The notes: generated by a model not told the origin, from the sequence alone. 64,000 nucleotides of DNA from an uncultured Trueperaceae bacterium (GCA_963727505.1 CAVSGP010000005.1:160001-224000); one strand, 5' to 3'; numbered from the stretch's first letter, positions 29,401 to 38,674 are shown. Program-made: numbers and translations.

Positions 29401-29711
29401 GGAGCGTGCGGTTGCTCGACGACTTCGCCGTCCGCGTGCTCGAGCCCGACGGCAGGGATCTCCCCCCCGAACGGCTCAGCCAGGGAGCCCAGGACCAGCT
29501 CGCGCTGGCCCTGCGGCTCGCCATCGCCGACCATGTCGCGGACGACGTCCGTTTGCCGCTGGTGCTCGACGACCCCTTCCTGCACTGCGACGCCGCCCGG
29601 CGCGAGCGCCTCCGGGTCGCGCTGGAGCGCGTGGCGCGCGAGCGCCAGGTCATCCTGATGAGCCACGACGCCGCCTTCGAGGCGTGGGGCGCGCCGGTCG
29701 CAGTGGAGTAG
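26493..29711 (+). CDS. SbcC/Rad50-like (YhaN-type) coiled-coil ABC ATPase with a central membrane hairpin
   Basis: RPNEWGKS Walker A, long coiled coil, LSQGAQDQ signature, LVLDDPF Walker B, MSH; GTGA overlap with upstream stop. Confidence 0.85.
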   Translation: MSRRGRSRARSGGAGSARAGPHPVGVLWERLELPATDTLEARTLRFPEGLGTLVRPNEWGKSRAVRGLTDVLFGPREVAGATDRASATGRLVFVGIDGVRYRLERDLTSGAAVLLREASEPEPGSDGGPEPSADAGVGETVAWEPIEAAGETGLGEVLARVVGLAERDAFVQSFCVNQPLPRPERLSAEVQRLLVGSGRGGVERALGRLEEEIAARTRNGHAWGLPDGGDDGELERCDARLAEIERSLEVGREAADGAQGTARALADAEARRSQHQDEAARLEREAEGLRGYLARRRAFDERLEAHRAAAQTLARAEALQAEAAHAHAHVGAVWPDLADAPEDGEARLAALMAAERALVEARVALQTAEHTRETAQRTVSERSRELERHVTRAPFQDDDEGLTVEAVRELRAGAEQAVTDWRAFLRRDEGVSGARSALRAYAMLALAPEQDRALLRRYDYEAEARVRSVEGLEAGVREARAERRRLLVPDPELPNELEADALRAALAAPSRRTRAIAAQVSAGLMLGVAVFWVARQGLGGGVSAGLGLLVAILIGALLRSPSLAGPQARRFRGRNRVELERLMARYDAWQRQPVPTRRDVLQLENEMEAAREQLRAFQRRMQPYQEAYPEPGSAFDAFRDAQRTLLQREEVHSELSIRTFGVAPEAVKGRSPLDMPAPWPRLAAFAEARGGRAQSVAELCAFLEGAGGASWDDVLQAAQGRDEARRAFRADRERLRREVAVAETVLEEREATATRLRVELQAAEATREEHVGPLQDLLDGSGGDADELLRRWRERDQAIQEAERSSDALASVLDAADCESVEALRERVAGREAEAEEERQAIDVLVADGSELPPADDPIDRPRLLDRLEALEDRVGFERSARQAAEAEVYERTRELAALQAKPVVNLVKAEEERLALLAARRELMGEIEALATAHTELRASVRDFQGSYRERLENLASRHLAAVTEREGRSVRLLDDFAVRVLEPDGRDLPPERLSQGAQDQLALALRLAIADHVADDVRLPLVLDDPFLHCDAARRERLRVALERVARERQVILMSHDAAFEAWGAPVAVE

Positions 29712-29840
29712 CGGTACCCCCGTCGGCCACGTTTTCCCTGGTTCGCCGTGGTACCGGACACCGGTGCAGGCGAAGGCCGAGCGTCGGATGAGGCGCGACA
29801 CAGGCCGTTTCCGCGAGATCGAGCCGGTGTGCGTGCTTCC

Positions 29841-29875
29841 TTGTGAAGCGACGTGCGGTTCGCTAGAGTGGTAAC
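29841..29875 (+). promoter_or_regulatory. Putative promoter TTGTGA-N17-TAGAGT overlapped by GTTCGC-N6-GGTAAC
   Basis: Directly visible; the right half-site matches the lexA-promoter palindrome half-site. Confidence 0.45.
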
Positions 29876-29927
29876 GATCCACCCCCTTAGCAGTACACAA
29901 AGACACCGTGGATCTAGGAGACGTTGG

Positions 29928-30305
29928 ATGTCCCAGGCAGAAGTGAAGGTACTGGTACCGCACGAGCGCGTCGCAGAGTTCTACCGCATGGTGGGGGTGT
30001 GGTTGGACCGTGACCGCAACGGCCAAAAGGCCGAGCCGAGCCTCTCGCCGAAGAGCCGGTACGCCCCGTTGCAGGAGCACCTCGAAGGTGTGGGCCGGGA
30101 GCGCAAGGAGGTCCGACTGCGCTTCGATGAGATCAGCAAGGTCCTCGGCAAGCCGCTGCCCAGGTCGGCCTTCGCGCACCGAGCCTGGTGGGCGAACACC
30201 AGCTCGCACGCCCAGGCGCTCGCCTGGTTGTCGGCGGGCTGGAAGGTCGAGCACGTCGATCTCACCGGCAAAGCGGTGGGTTTCGTGCGCCCCGGCAAGG
30301 CGTGA
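29928..30305 (+). CDS. Small protein with conserved KYxPL...LxFxEI...LPxSA...WWAN...AW...GW domain (DUF7662-like)
   Basis: RYAPLQEHL...RLRFDEISKVLGKPLPRSAFAHRAWWAN...QALAWLSAGWKV; TAGGAG RBS; family name from recall. Confidence 0.7.
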   Translation: MSQAEVKVLVPHERVAEFYRMVGVWLDRDRNGQKAEPSLSPKSRYAPLQEHLEGVGRERKEVRLRFDEISKVLGKPLPRSAFAHRAWWANTSSHAQALAWLSAGWKVEHVDLTGKAVGFVRPGKA

Positions 30306-30462
30306 AGGGCACGCCTCGACTGGACCGCTGAGCGAACACCGGTGCGGCGCGGCTCACGGTCGCGCCGGACGGAGGAGATGAAGGCCCCCGGGAAGATGAT
30401 GTCCCGGGGGCCTCGTGGTTCGTGGACGACCGTGCGCACGCGTCGCAGCCACGGCACGACGT

Positions 30463-33204
30463 TCAGGCGACGCGTCCCAGGCCCAGCGCCTTGCCCGCCT
30501 GCCCGACCAGCGTGGGCGTCAGGCTGGCGGCCGCCACCAGGGCCCAGGAGCGCGCGTCGAGCCACGCGATCTGCAGCACGTCGCGCGCGCCGGGCAGCGC
30601 GACCGCCGCCAGCAGCAGGGCCGCGCACAGCGCCAGCGCGCCCCACACCCAGGGATTGCGGGTGACCTCGTTGGACAGCAGGGGGCTGCCCGGCTCGCGC
30701 ATGTCGAACACGTGCCAGAGCTGGGCGAAGGCGAGCGTCAGGAACGAGACCGTCACTGCCTCGGTGCGGCTCAGTCCGAGCGGCCCCAACGCCAGCGCGA
30801 ACGCGCCCAGCACCGCCGCCGTGATGAGCAGCGCGTATCCAGACACGCTGCGCCAGTGGCGGGCGGCGAGCACCGGCTCCGCCGGGTCGCGCGGCGGCCG
30901 GGCGAGGATGTCGGGAGCACCCTCTCCGGCTCCCAGTGCGAGGGCGGGGAACACGTCGGTGACGAGATTGAGGAACAGGATCTGGAGCGGCAGCAGGGGC
31001 AGCGGTGCGCCCAGCGCCGAAGCCGCGCCGATGACCAGGATCTCGCTCAGGTTGCACGACAGCAGGTAGAGCACGAAGGCGCGGATGTTGTCGAAGATGA
31101 TGCGCCCCTGCTTGACGGCCTCGACGATGGTCCCGAAGGCGTCGTCCTTGAGGACCATGTCCGCCGCCTCGCGCGCGACCTCCGTTCCGCGCAGCCCCAT
31201 CGCCACGCCGATGTCGGCCTTCTTGAGGGCCGGCGCGTCGTTGACGCCGTCGCCCGTCATCGCCACGATGGCGCCGCGCGCCTGGTACCGGCGGATGAGC
31301 TCGAGCTTCTGCTCCGGGCTGACCCGCGCCAGGATGTCGGCGCCGAACAGCGCGTCGTCGTCGGCGGTCCCCGCGGTCGTGGCCTCGCCCCCGAGCAGCC
31401 GGGCCATATCGCGGCCCGCCAGGACCTTGGGGTGGCCGTCGGTCAGGCCCACCGCCTCCCCGATGCTCGCCGCGGTCACCGCCTGGTCCCCGGTCACCAT
31501 CACCACCCGGATGCCCGCCCGGCGGCAGCCGTCGATGGCGCCCCGCACGTCCTGCCGTGGTGGGTCCTCCAGGCCCACCAGCGCCAGGAGGGTGAGGTCC
31601 CGGTAGAGCTCGGCGTCCTCCCGGTCCTCGGGCCGGCCTGCCAGCGCCAGCACGCGCAGCCCGCTGCGCGCCAGCTCGCGGTTGCGCTCCTGCCACGCAG
31701 CGCGCTCGTCGGGCTCCAGCGTTCTCGCGCCGCCGTCGTGGGCCACCCTCGTACAGGCCTCCAGCACGCTCTCGGGCGCGCCCTTCACGGCGACGCGGTA
31801 GCGCGCCCGCGCCTCGCCGGGCGCGGCTTCGTGCAGCGTGCCCATCATCTTGGTGTCGGGGTCGAACGCCACCTCGCGGACCTCGGGCTGGTCCCGCAGC
31901 AGCGCGTCGCGCGTCACGCCTGCGCTTGCCGCCGCAACCAGCAGGGCCACCTCGAGCGGGTCCCCCACCCCCTGCCCGCTCCCGCCGCCGAGCGCGGCGT
32001 TGTTGCACAGGGCCGCCACCTCGAGGGCTTCGCGCAGGTGCGGCAGGCGATCCAGCTCGGCCGGAGCCCCATCGAGCGTGAAGCCGCCCCCCTGCTCGGA
32101 GGGCTGTGCCCGTCCCTCGGCCAGCCACAGGCCGGCGACCGCCATACGGTTCTCGGTCAGGGTGCCGGTCTTGTCGCTGAAGATCACGCTGGTCGCGCCC
32201 AGCGTCTCGACGGCCGAGAGACGGTTGACCAGGGCGTTGCGCTCCGCCATCCGGCGCATGCCGCGGGCCAGCGTGATGGTGGCGATGATGGGCAGGCCCT
32301 CGGGCACCGTCGCCACGGCCAGCGCGATGGCGGTCTCCAGGATCAGCAGCCAAGGCTTCCCGGCGACGATGCCGGTGACCGCGATGACCGCCGCGACGCC
32401 CAGCGTCACCCACACCAGCCGTTGGCCGAGGCGGTCCAGGCGCCGCTCCAGCGGCGTCGTCTCGTCCTCGGCCTCGGCCACGAGCTGCGAGATGCGGCCC
32501 AGCTCCGTCTCCATGCCGGTGGCGACGACCACGCCCTCGCCCGACCCGCGACTGATCGAGGTGCCCTTGTAGAGCATGCAGGCGCGCTCGGCCAGCGGAG
32601 CGTCTTCCGCCACCGGCTCCGCTCGCTTGCCCGCAGGCAGGGACTCGCCGGTGAGCGTCGACTCGTTGGCCTGCAGCTTGGACGCCTGCAGCAGTCGAAC
32701 GTCGGCGGTGACCACGTCGCCGCCCTCGACCAGCACGATATCCCCGGGAACCAGCGCGTCGGCTTCCACGGTGTCGAGGCCACCGTCGCGCCGGACGGTG
32801 GCGTGTACGCGACCGAGACTGCGCAACGCTTCCATCGAACGCACGGCGCGCAGCTCCGTCATGAAGCCGATGGCGGCGTTCAACACCAGCACCACCACGA
32901 CGGCCAGCGCCTCCACCCACTGTCCGAACAGCGCCGACAGCAGAGCCGCTACGGCCAGCAGCGCCACCAGCAGGCTGCGGAACTGCGCCACCAGCACCTG
33001 CCAGGCGCTGCGCCGCGGCGCCTCGCGCAGCGTGTTGGGACCGAAGCGCTCGAGCCGCCTGGCGACCTCGTCGGCGTCGAGCCCGCGCGTCCGTTCCACG
33101 CCCAGGGCCCGCGCGACGTCGCTGGCGGTCTCGGCCCAGGGCGATGCCGGGTCCCCAGGGGCGGGGGCTCCGGGTCGTGCCCGCGGGACGTCGGGCGCGC
33201 TCAT
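30463..33204 (-). CDS. Cation-transporting P-type ATPase (type II, Ca2+-like)
   Basis: TGES, VPEGLP, DKTGTLT, KGAPE, MVTGD, GDGVND; leaderless TAGGCT-N6-ATG. Confidence 0.95.
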   Translation of the reverse strand: MSAPDVPRARPGAPAPGDPASPWAETASDVARALGVERTRGLDADEVARRLERFGPNTLREAPRRSAWQVLVAQFRSLLVALLAVAALLSALFGQWVEALAVVVVLVLNAAIGFMTELRAVRSMEALRSLGRVHATVRRDGGLDTVEADALVPGDIVLVEGGDVVTADVRLLQASKLQANESTLTGESLPAGKRAEPVAEDAPLAERACMLYKGTSISRGSGEGVVVATGMETELGRISQLVAEAEDETTPLERRLDRLGQRLVWVTLGVAAVIAVTGIVAGKPWLLILETAIALAVATVPEGLPIIATITLARGMRRMAERNALVNRLSAVETLGATSVIFSDKTGTLTENRMAVAGLWLAEGRAQPSEQGGGFTLDGAPAELDRLPHLREALEVAALCNNAALGGGSGQGVGDPLEVALLVAAASAGVTRDALLRDQPEVREVAFDPDTKMMGTLHEAAPGEARARYRVAVKGAPESVLEACTRVAHDGGARTLEPDERAAWQERNRELARSGLRVLALAGRPEDREDAELYRDLTLLALVGLEDPPRQDVRGAIDGCRRAGIRVVMVTGDQAVTAASIGEAVGLTDGHPKVLAGRDMARLLGGEATTAGTADDDALFGADILARVSPEQKLELIRRYQARGAIVAMTGDGVNDAPALKKADIGVAMGLRGTEVAREAADMVLKDDAFGTIVEAVKQGRIIFDNIRAFVLYLLSCNLSEILVIGAASALGAPLPLLPLQILFLNLVTDVFPALALGAGEGAPDILARPPRDPAEPVLAARHWRSVSGYALLITAAVLGAFALALGPLGLSRTEAVTVSFLTLAFAQLWHVFDMREPGSPLLSNEVTRNPWVWGALALCAALLLAAVALPGARDVLQIAWLDARSWALVAAASLTPTLVGQAGKALGLGRVA

Positions 33205-33378
33205 AGGACCAGCCTAACGGCGGGTCCCGGAGTCGGCGAGGGGCGCCCGCCCCTCGCCGACGTTCGTGTCGCCCGTGACGCACGCGCGGCTGCAGGCGCT
33301 CGGGTAGGCTCGACACCGCGCAAGCTCTGCCGCGACGCCTCGACGCGTCGCCGCTGAATTCGAAGGAGGCGGTTGTCC

Positions 33379-34377
33379 ATGCAGTATCGTTCTCTCGGTT
33401 CCTCCGGCCTACGCGTGTCGGCGCTATCGTTCGGCGCCTGGGTCACGTTCGGCGACCAGATCGGCGAAGACACTGCCCTGGAGATGATGACGGCCGCTTA
33501 CGACGCGGGCGTCAACTTCTTCGACAACGCCGAGGCCTACTCGGCCGGCAAGGCCGAGACGATGATGGGCAACGTCATCAAGCGGGCGGGCTGGAAGCGC
33601 TCCGACCTGGTGCTGTCCACCAAGATCTTCTGGGGCGGCCCCGGGCCGAACGACCGCGGTCTGAGCCGCAAGCACGTCGTCGAGGGCACCGCCGCCGCCT
33701 TGAAGCGCCTCCAGACCGACTACGTCGACCTGGTCTTCTGTCATCGCCCCGATCGCTTCACCCCCATCGAGGAGACCGTGCGGGCGATGAACCATCTCAT
33801 CGACCAGGGCATGACCTTCTACTGGGGCACCAGCGAGTGGACCGCCGAGGAGATCCGCGAGGCGCACGAGGTGGCGCGCCGCGAGCACCTGGTCGGCCCC
33901 ACCATGGAGCAACCGCAGTACAACATGCTCCACCGCGAGCGCGTCGAGCGAGAGTATGCGCGGCTCTACGATGCCTTCGGGCTCGGCCTCACGGTGTGGA
34001 GCCCGCTGGCCAGCGGCATCCTCACCGGCAAGTACGACGACGGCTTCCAGGAGGGCACGCGCTTCGCCCTGGAGGGCTACGAGTGGCTGCGGCAGCGCCT
34101 GGAGTCCGAGCAGGGGAAGCGCGAGCGGGAAGCCGTCAAGAAGCTCAAGCCCATCGCCGACGACCTCGGTATCAGCCGGGCGCAGCTGGCCTTGGCCTGG
34201 GCGCTCAAGAACCCGAACGTGAGCACCGTCATCACCGGCGCCTCGCGGGCGGAACAGGTGCGCGAGAACATGAAGGCCGTCGACGCGGCCGAAAAGATCA
34301 CTTCCGACGTCATGGAGGCCATCGACGAGGTGCTGGGCAACAAGCCGGCCGCGCTGGAGGGCTTCGGGCGCGACTGA
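33379..34377 (+). CDS. Aldo/keto reductase (Kv-beta-like)
   Basis: [53 protein letters not shown]. Confidence 0.93.
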   Translation: MQYRSLGSSGLRVSALSFGAWVTFGDQIGEDTALEMMTAAYDAGVNFFDNAEAYSAGKAETMMGNVIKRAGWKRSDLVLSTKIFWGGPGPNDRGLSRKHVVEGTAAALKRLQTDYVDLVFCHRPDRFTPIEETVRAMNHLIDQGMTFYWGTSEWTAEEIREAHEVARREHLVGPTMEQPQYNMLHRERVEREYARLYDAFGLGLTVWSPLASGILTGKYDDGFQEGTRFALEGYEWLRQRLESEQGKREREAVKKLKPIADDLGISRAQLALAWALKNPNVSTVITGASRAEQVRENMKAVDAAEKITSDVMEAIDEVLGNKPAALEGFGRD

Positions 34378-34421
34378 TCCTGCCTTCTCCGCACGCGCCA
34401 GGCGATCTCGACATGCTTGTT

Positions 34422-34453
34422 CGGGCCCGGCCGCATCTTCGCGGCCGGGCCCG
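34422..34453. terminator. 13-bp stem-loop between convergent genes
   Basis: CGGGCCCGGCCGC-ATCTTC-GCGGCCGGGCCCG. Confidence 0.6.
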
Positions 34454-34531
34454 GATCGTGGACGATGGAGGGACCGCTTCGCCCGACCCGCGCCGGGAGA
34501 TCGGCCAGGGGCGCCCCGCGCACGACCAGGT

Positions 34532-35878
34532 TCAGGGAGCGGTCGTGAACGTCGAGTCCTTGGACAAGGTGGACCAGCTCGGCATGTCCGGCCCTGCGAT
34601 CGAGATCGGTCCGGACCCTCCGCCGAAGATGCCTTCGAGCTCCAACAAGGGACCCGCCATCCCCGCCGGACCGGCCACGGCGTCCATCGACGCGTAGGGT
34701 CCTACGGCTTGGACCCAGAAGGAGTAACCCGCGCTATTCGGGAGTGCTCTGTTGATGGCGGTGAGATCCGGGAGGGTCGTCGAGGTATCGGTCGTTACGA
34801 TGTGGAGCTGGGTCCCGGGCCCGGCCGGGTCGAGCGTCAACAGATAGACCGATCCCGTCAGCGCCGTCCAGCTGAAGGTGGCGCCGGGAGCCACGTTCGT
34901 TGCTCCGGAGGCGGGCGCGGTGGGCATCGCGACGTTGGGCAGGATGAGGGAGGCCGACGGGTTCGGTGCCGTCACTGCGTCCCATGCTGTGGTGGAGTCG
35001 CCCGCACCGTCGGTCGCCGTCGCGGCCAGTCCGTGACTGATGCCGGTGGCGATCGGCACCATGGTGTTCGAGAACGAGCCGGACGGGTTGACGCTCGCAA
35101 GCTGGAGCCCCAGGAGCGCGCCGGCCGAGGCCGGTCCGAATCGGATCACCGCACGGCCGTCGGCGAGCGTGTAGCCCGATGGCGCCGTCAGGCTCCCACT
35201 CAGGGCCCCTGTCGATACGGAGCTGGCGGGGATGGTGACGCCCGTGAGCGCGTCACCGTCATGCAAGGTGACGTCGGTAGAGCCGTAGCCCGTGTAGCTG
35301 GTCGGGTTGCCACTTCCGTCGACGATGGCGCGGATCCCGTAGAGCGTGGTGTGCAGTGGATCGGTCGTGCTCCACTGGACCGTGCCGGGCCCGATGGTCG
35401 AGCTGCCGGTGGAGCCGCCCGCGCCACCGAACGCGAGCTCGGAGCCGCCCGGGAACATGGCGCCGGTCTCGTTCGACTGGAACGGAGCGGTGCCGATCGT
35501 GCCGGCGACGGTCGCCTGGTGGCCGGCCGGGAACCACAAGACCTGGACGGTCGGGTCGGCCCTCGTCAGGCCCTCGTAGACCCAGACCTCGGAGTCGCCC
35601 GCGAAGCTCAGGGTGACGTCGTAGGGCGCGTGGACGTCCGCTACCGTGAATGTCCCGTCGGTTGCGGTGCTCGTGACCTTACCGTCGAGGAGGACGTTGG
35701 CGTTGGCGATGGGGCCGGAGAAGTCGATCACCCGCCCTTGCACGGTGATGACCGACGGCGCCGCTGGCCCGCCGCAGCCCGTCAGGAGCGTCAGGACCGC
35801 GAGGACTGCGAGGCTCGCGATGGCCAGTGGCGAGCGGATGGCGGTGTGGGAGCGGGACGAGCGTGGCTGGTCGGACAT
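34532..35878 (-). CDS. Lipoprotein with beta-sandwich (carboxypeptidase-regulatory-like / Ig-like) domains
   Basis: LLTGC lipobox; ITVQGRVID...PIANANV...TATDGTFTV; Thr/Gly/Ser-rich; GGAGGT RBS. Confidence 0.75.
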   Translation of the reverse strand: MSDQPRSSRSHTAIRSPLAIASLAVLAVLTLLTGCGGPAAPSVITVQGRVIDFSGPIANANVLLDGKVTSTATDGTFTVADVHAPYDVTLSFAGDSEVWVYEGLTRADPTVQVLWFPAGHQATVAGTIGTAPFQSNETGAMFPGGSELAFGGAGGSTGSSTIGPGTVQWSTTDPLHTTLYGIRAIVDGSGNPTSYTGYGSTDVTLHDGDALTGVTIPASSVSTGALSGSLTAPSGYTLADGRAVIRFGPASAGALLGLQLASVNPSGSFSNTMVPIATGISHGLAATATDGAGDSTTAWDAVTAPNPSASLILPNVAMPTAPASGATNVAPGATFSWTALTGSVYLLTLDPAGPGTQLHIVTTDTSTTLPDLTAINRALPNSAGYSFWVQAVGPYASMDAVAGPAGMAGPLLELEGIFGGGSGPISIAGPDMPSWSTLSKDSTFTTAP

Positions 35879-35963
35879 GCGCACCTCCGGAGGGGTGGTC
35901 CGCGGCGCCGTCCGAACCGATCGGGGCACGAGGCAGGACGCGGGCACGATCCCCCACGCATAC

Positions 35964-35996
35964 AGGATGGCAGGGCACCGTCTAGCCTGCGTCTAG
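35964..35996 (-). promoter_or_regulatory. SARP-type box A: CTAGACG-CAGG-CTAGACG-N9-CATCCT
   Basis: 11-bp-period heptamer direct repeat upstream of a -10-like hexamer; same layout at 38707-38739. Confidence 0.7.
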
Positions 35997-36009
35997 CCTG
36001 TGCCCGACG

Positions 36010-36180
36010 TCACCAGTTCCGCAGCGTCTCCACCAGCAGGCGCACCCCGAAGCCCGTCGCGCCCTCCGGCCGGTACCCATCGGCGCGCTCGGCCAGCACC
36101 ATGCCGGCGATGTCCAGGTGGGCCCAGGGGTAGGCCGCGAACTCCTTCAGGAAGGCGGCCGAGGTGCCGACGCCGCCATC
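36010..36180 (-). pseudogene. pepA: 3' remnant of leucyl aminopeptidase (M17)
   Basis: GGVGTSAAFLKEFAAYPWAHLDIAG...GATGFGVRLL; frame upstream shows no M17 sequence and runs into the selU promoter. Confidence 0.8.
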
Positions 36181-36275
36181 GCCAGGGTGCCGCCCCCGAG
36201 CTCCAGCGCGCGGGCCCAAGGCGGCGTCGCGCGGGTGCTTCCGCGGCGTCGGGCCGTCCACTATCCTGGAGCCCG

Positions 36276-37343
36276 ATGTTCCTAGGTCCTGACGAGCTCT
36301 ATCCAGAAGGCGCGGGCGTGGCGGCACGGACGTTGATCGACGTGCGCGCCCCCGTCGAGGTGGCGCGCGGCGCCATGCCCGGCAGCCACGCCCTGCCGCT
36401 GATGAGCGACGAGGAGCGGCGCGAGGTCGGCATCCGCTACAAGGAGGCCGGCCAGGAAGCCGCCGTCGCGCTGGGTTACGAGCTGGCCGGTCCGCATCTG
36501 CCCGGCCGCATCGAGGCCTGGCGAGACGTGTGCGCGCAGGGCCCGAGCGCGGTGGCGTGCTGGCGCGGCGGCCTGCGCAGCGAGCTGGCGCTGTCGTTCA
36601 TCGATCGTGGCGACGTGGCGCGCGTGGCGGGCGGCTACAAGGCGCTGCGCCGTCACGTGATGGAGGCGTTGCCCCGTTCGTTGAGCCGCAAGGGCCTGGT
36701 GGTCCTGACGGGGCTCACGGGCTCCGGCAAGACGCGTCTGCTGCGTGCCCTGCCGGTCGACGACGGTCTGCAGGTGCTCGATCTGGAGGGCGCGGCGCGT
36801 CACCGCGGCAGCGCCTTCGGGGCCGAGGACGTGCCGCAACCCAGCCAGCAGACCTTCGAGAACGCGCTCGCCACCGAGCTCCTGCTCAGCCCGGCCGAGC
36901 GGTTGGTGGTGGAGGATGAGTCGCGCTACGTCGGTCGTCGCACGCTTCCGGACGACCTGATGGGGGCGATGCGAGACGCGCCGCTGGTGGTGCTCGAGAC
37001 CCCCATGGCGGAGCGGGTCACGGCCATCGTCGAGGAGTACGTCCTGGCCATGGCGCGGCGCCACGGCGTGCGGGCCGCGCGCGAGCGGCTCGAGCACGAC
37101 ACCCGGCGCATCCGCAAGCGCCTCGGCGGCGGTCGCACCGACGGCGTGGTGGCGGCGCTGCACGCCGCCGAGCAGGCGGACGCCTGGTTCGAGCCCGACG
37201 TCCATCGCTGGTGGGTGCAGACGTTGCTCGAGCACTACTACGACCGCCTCTACCGGAAGGCGACCCTGCGCCACGAGCGGCCCGTCGCCTTCCGGGGTGA
37301 CGCCGTGGCGGTGGCCGACTTCCTGCGGAGCGGTCCCGCGTGA
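36276..37343 (+). CDS. selU: tRNA 2-selenouridine synthase
   Basis: IDVRAPVE, ERREVGIRYK, CWRGGLRS rhodanese, GGYK, GLTGSGKT P-loop, HRGSAFG, QPSQQTFEN, EDESR, YYD. Confidence 0.93.
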   Translation: MFLGPDELYPEGAGVAARTLIDVRAPVEVARGAMPGSHALPLMSDEERREVGIRYKEAGQEAAVALGYELAGPHLPGRIEAWRDVCAQGPSAVACWRGGLRSELALSFIDRGDVARVAGGYKALRRHVMEALPRSLSRKGLVVLTGLTGSGKTRLLRALPVDDGLQVLDLEGAARHRGSAFGAEDVPQPSQQTFENALATELLLSPAERLVVEDESRYVGRRTLPDDLMGAMRDAPLVVLETPMAERVTAIVEEYVLAMARRHGVRAARERLEHDTRRIRKRLGGGRTDGVVAALHAAEQADAWFEPDVHRWWVQTLLEHYYDRLYRKATLRHERPVAFRGDAVAVADFLRSGPA

Positions 37344-37369
37344 GCCGTCGAAGCCTCAGAGGAGCGAGC

Positions 37370-38425
37370 ATGGAACCAGAACCGGCCGTCGCGCCGATCC
37401 GCCTGACCCACACGGTGAAGAAGGGCGGCTGTGCCGCTAAGATCGCGGCCGGTACCCTGAGCGACCTGTTGCGCTCCTTGCCGCGGCAGAGCCACCCCGA
37501 CCTGCTGGTCGGTAACGACATGCTGGATGACGCCGCGGTGTGGCGCGTCTCGGACGACGTGGCGATGATCCAGACGCTGGACTTCTTCACCCCGATCCTC
37601 GACGACCCCGCCGACTTCGGTGCGGTGGCGGCAGCCAACGCGCTCTCCGACGTGTTCGCCATGGGGGGCACGCCGACCACGGCCCTCACGATCCTGGCCT
37701 ATCCCCTCGGCATCCTGCCCGACGAGGTGCTGGGCACCCTGATGGCCGGGGCGACGGCCGTCATCAACGACGCCGGCGCTTTCCTGGTGGGCGGCCACTC
37801 CATCGAGGACGACACCCTCAAGCTGGGCTTCAGCGTGACCGGACTGGCCCACCCGGACCGGCTCTGGAGCAACAGCGGGGCGCGCGCCGGCGACGTGCTG
37901 ATCCTCACGAAGGCGGTCGGCACCGGCACGCTCTCGGGCGCGCTCAAGAACGACGAGATCGCTCCCGATGCCATGGCGCCGGCCATCGCATCGATGCGGC
38001 AGGTCAACCGCCTCGACCTGGACGACGGACTCCACCGCGCCGTCCACGCCGCCACCGACGTGACCGGCTTCGGCGTGCTGGGGCACGCGTTGCACGTGGC
38101 CGAAGGCTCGGCCGTGACGCTGCGCATCGACACCGGCGCGTTGCCGTTGCTGCCCGGCGCCGAGGACACGCTCAGGCGCGGCATCCTCACCAAGGCGCAC
38201 ACCACCAACGGCCGTTATGTGCAGCAGCGGGTGAGCGGCCGCGAGAGCGTGGACCCGGTGCGGTGGCTGGCGGCGGTGGACCCGCAGACGAGCGGCGGCC
38301 TGCTGCTCAGCGTCGCCCCGGAGCGTGCCACGGAGCTGCTCGCGGCCGTGGGCGAACGGTTCCCGGCGGCGTGCGTGGTGGGCGAGGTGACGGCGCGCGG
38401 CGCGTGGCCCCTCCAGGTGGTCTGA
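37370..38425 (+). CDS. selD: Selenide, water dikinase (Cys-type)
   Basis: GGCAAK, DDAAV, DFFTPILDDP, NALSDVFAMGG, GGHSIED, TDVTGFG, DPQTSGGLL; AGAGGAG RBS. Confidence 0.95.
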   Translation: MEPEPAVAPIRLTHTVKKGGCAAKIAAGTLSDLLRSLPRQSHPDLLVGNDMLDDAAVWRVSDDVAMIQTLDFFTPILDDPADFGAVAAANALSDVFAMGGTPTTALTILAYPLGILPDEVLGTLMAGATAVINDAGAFLVGGHSIEDDTLKLGFSVTGLAHPDRLWSNSGARAGDVLILTKAVGTGTLSGALKNDEIAPDAMAPAIASMRQVNRLDLDDGLHRAVHAATDVTGFGVLGHALHVAEGSAVTLRIDTGALPLLPGAEDTLRRGILTKAHTTNGRYVQQRVSGRESVDPVRWLAAVDPQTSGGLLLSVAPERATELLAAVGERFPAACVVGEVTARGAWPLQVV

Positions 38426-38473
38426 GCGGACGCGGTCTCGTGGCTCCGCTTCCGAAGGTCGCGCGGTGGCCGC

Positions 38474-38674
38474 TCAGGTCTCGCCCCCGTCGTCTGCGAC
38501 GCTGCCGCGCAGGGCGATGAAGTCCGCCAGGTCCCTGGGGGAGGTGAAGTACGCGGCGGCACCGCTGGCGACGTCGCGTACCGAGCCGCGCAGGGCGGGC
38601 GGGCCGGACGACGCGGGCTCGAGCCACACCCGCACGACGAAGACCCACTGCTTGCGTCTGCCGGCATCGTCCAC
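38474..38674 (-). CDS. Small uncharacterised protein (66 aa) downstream of the SARP regulator
   Basis: FVVRVWLE...LRGSVRDVASG...YFTS..DLADFI; GGGAGGG RBS before GTG. Confidence 0.7.
   Translation of the reverse strand: MDDAGRRKQWVFVVRVWLEPASSGPPALRGSVRDVASGAAAYFTSPRDLADFIALRGSVADDGGET

Noticed and set aside
33205..33378. yybP-ykoY or other metal riboswitch upstream of the P-type ATPase (hairpin at 33232-33261)
   Set aside because: The gene appears leaderless (TAGGCT-N6-ATG), so the hairpin lies upstream of the predicted transcript.
37421..37441. Selenocysteine recoding in SelD
   Set aside because: The active-site codon is TGT (Cys, 37430-37432) and there is no in-frame TGA.
36180..38473. 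IS element or transposon carrying selU-selD
   Set aside because: No transposase, terminal inverted repeats or convincing target-site duplication at either flank.
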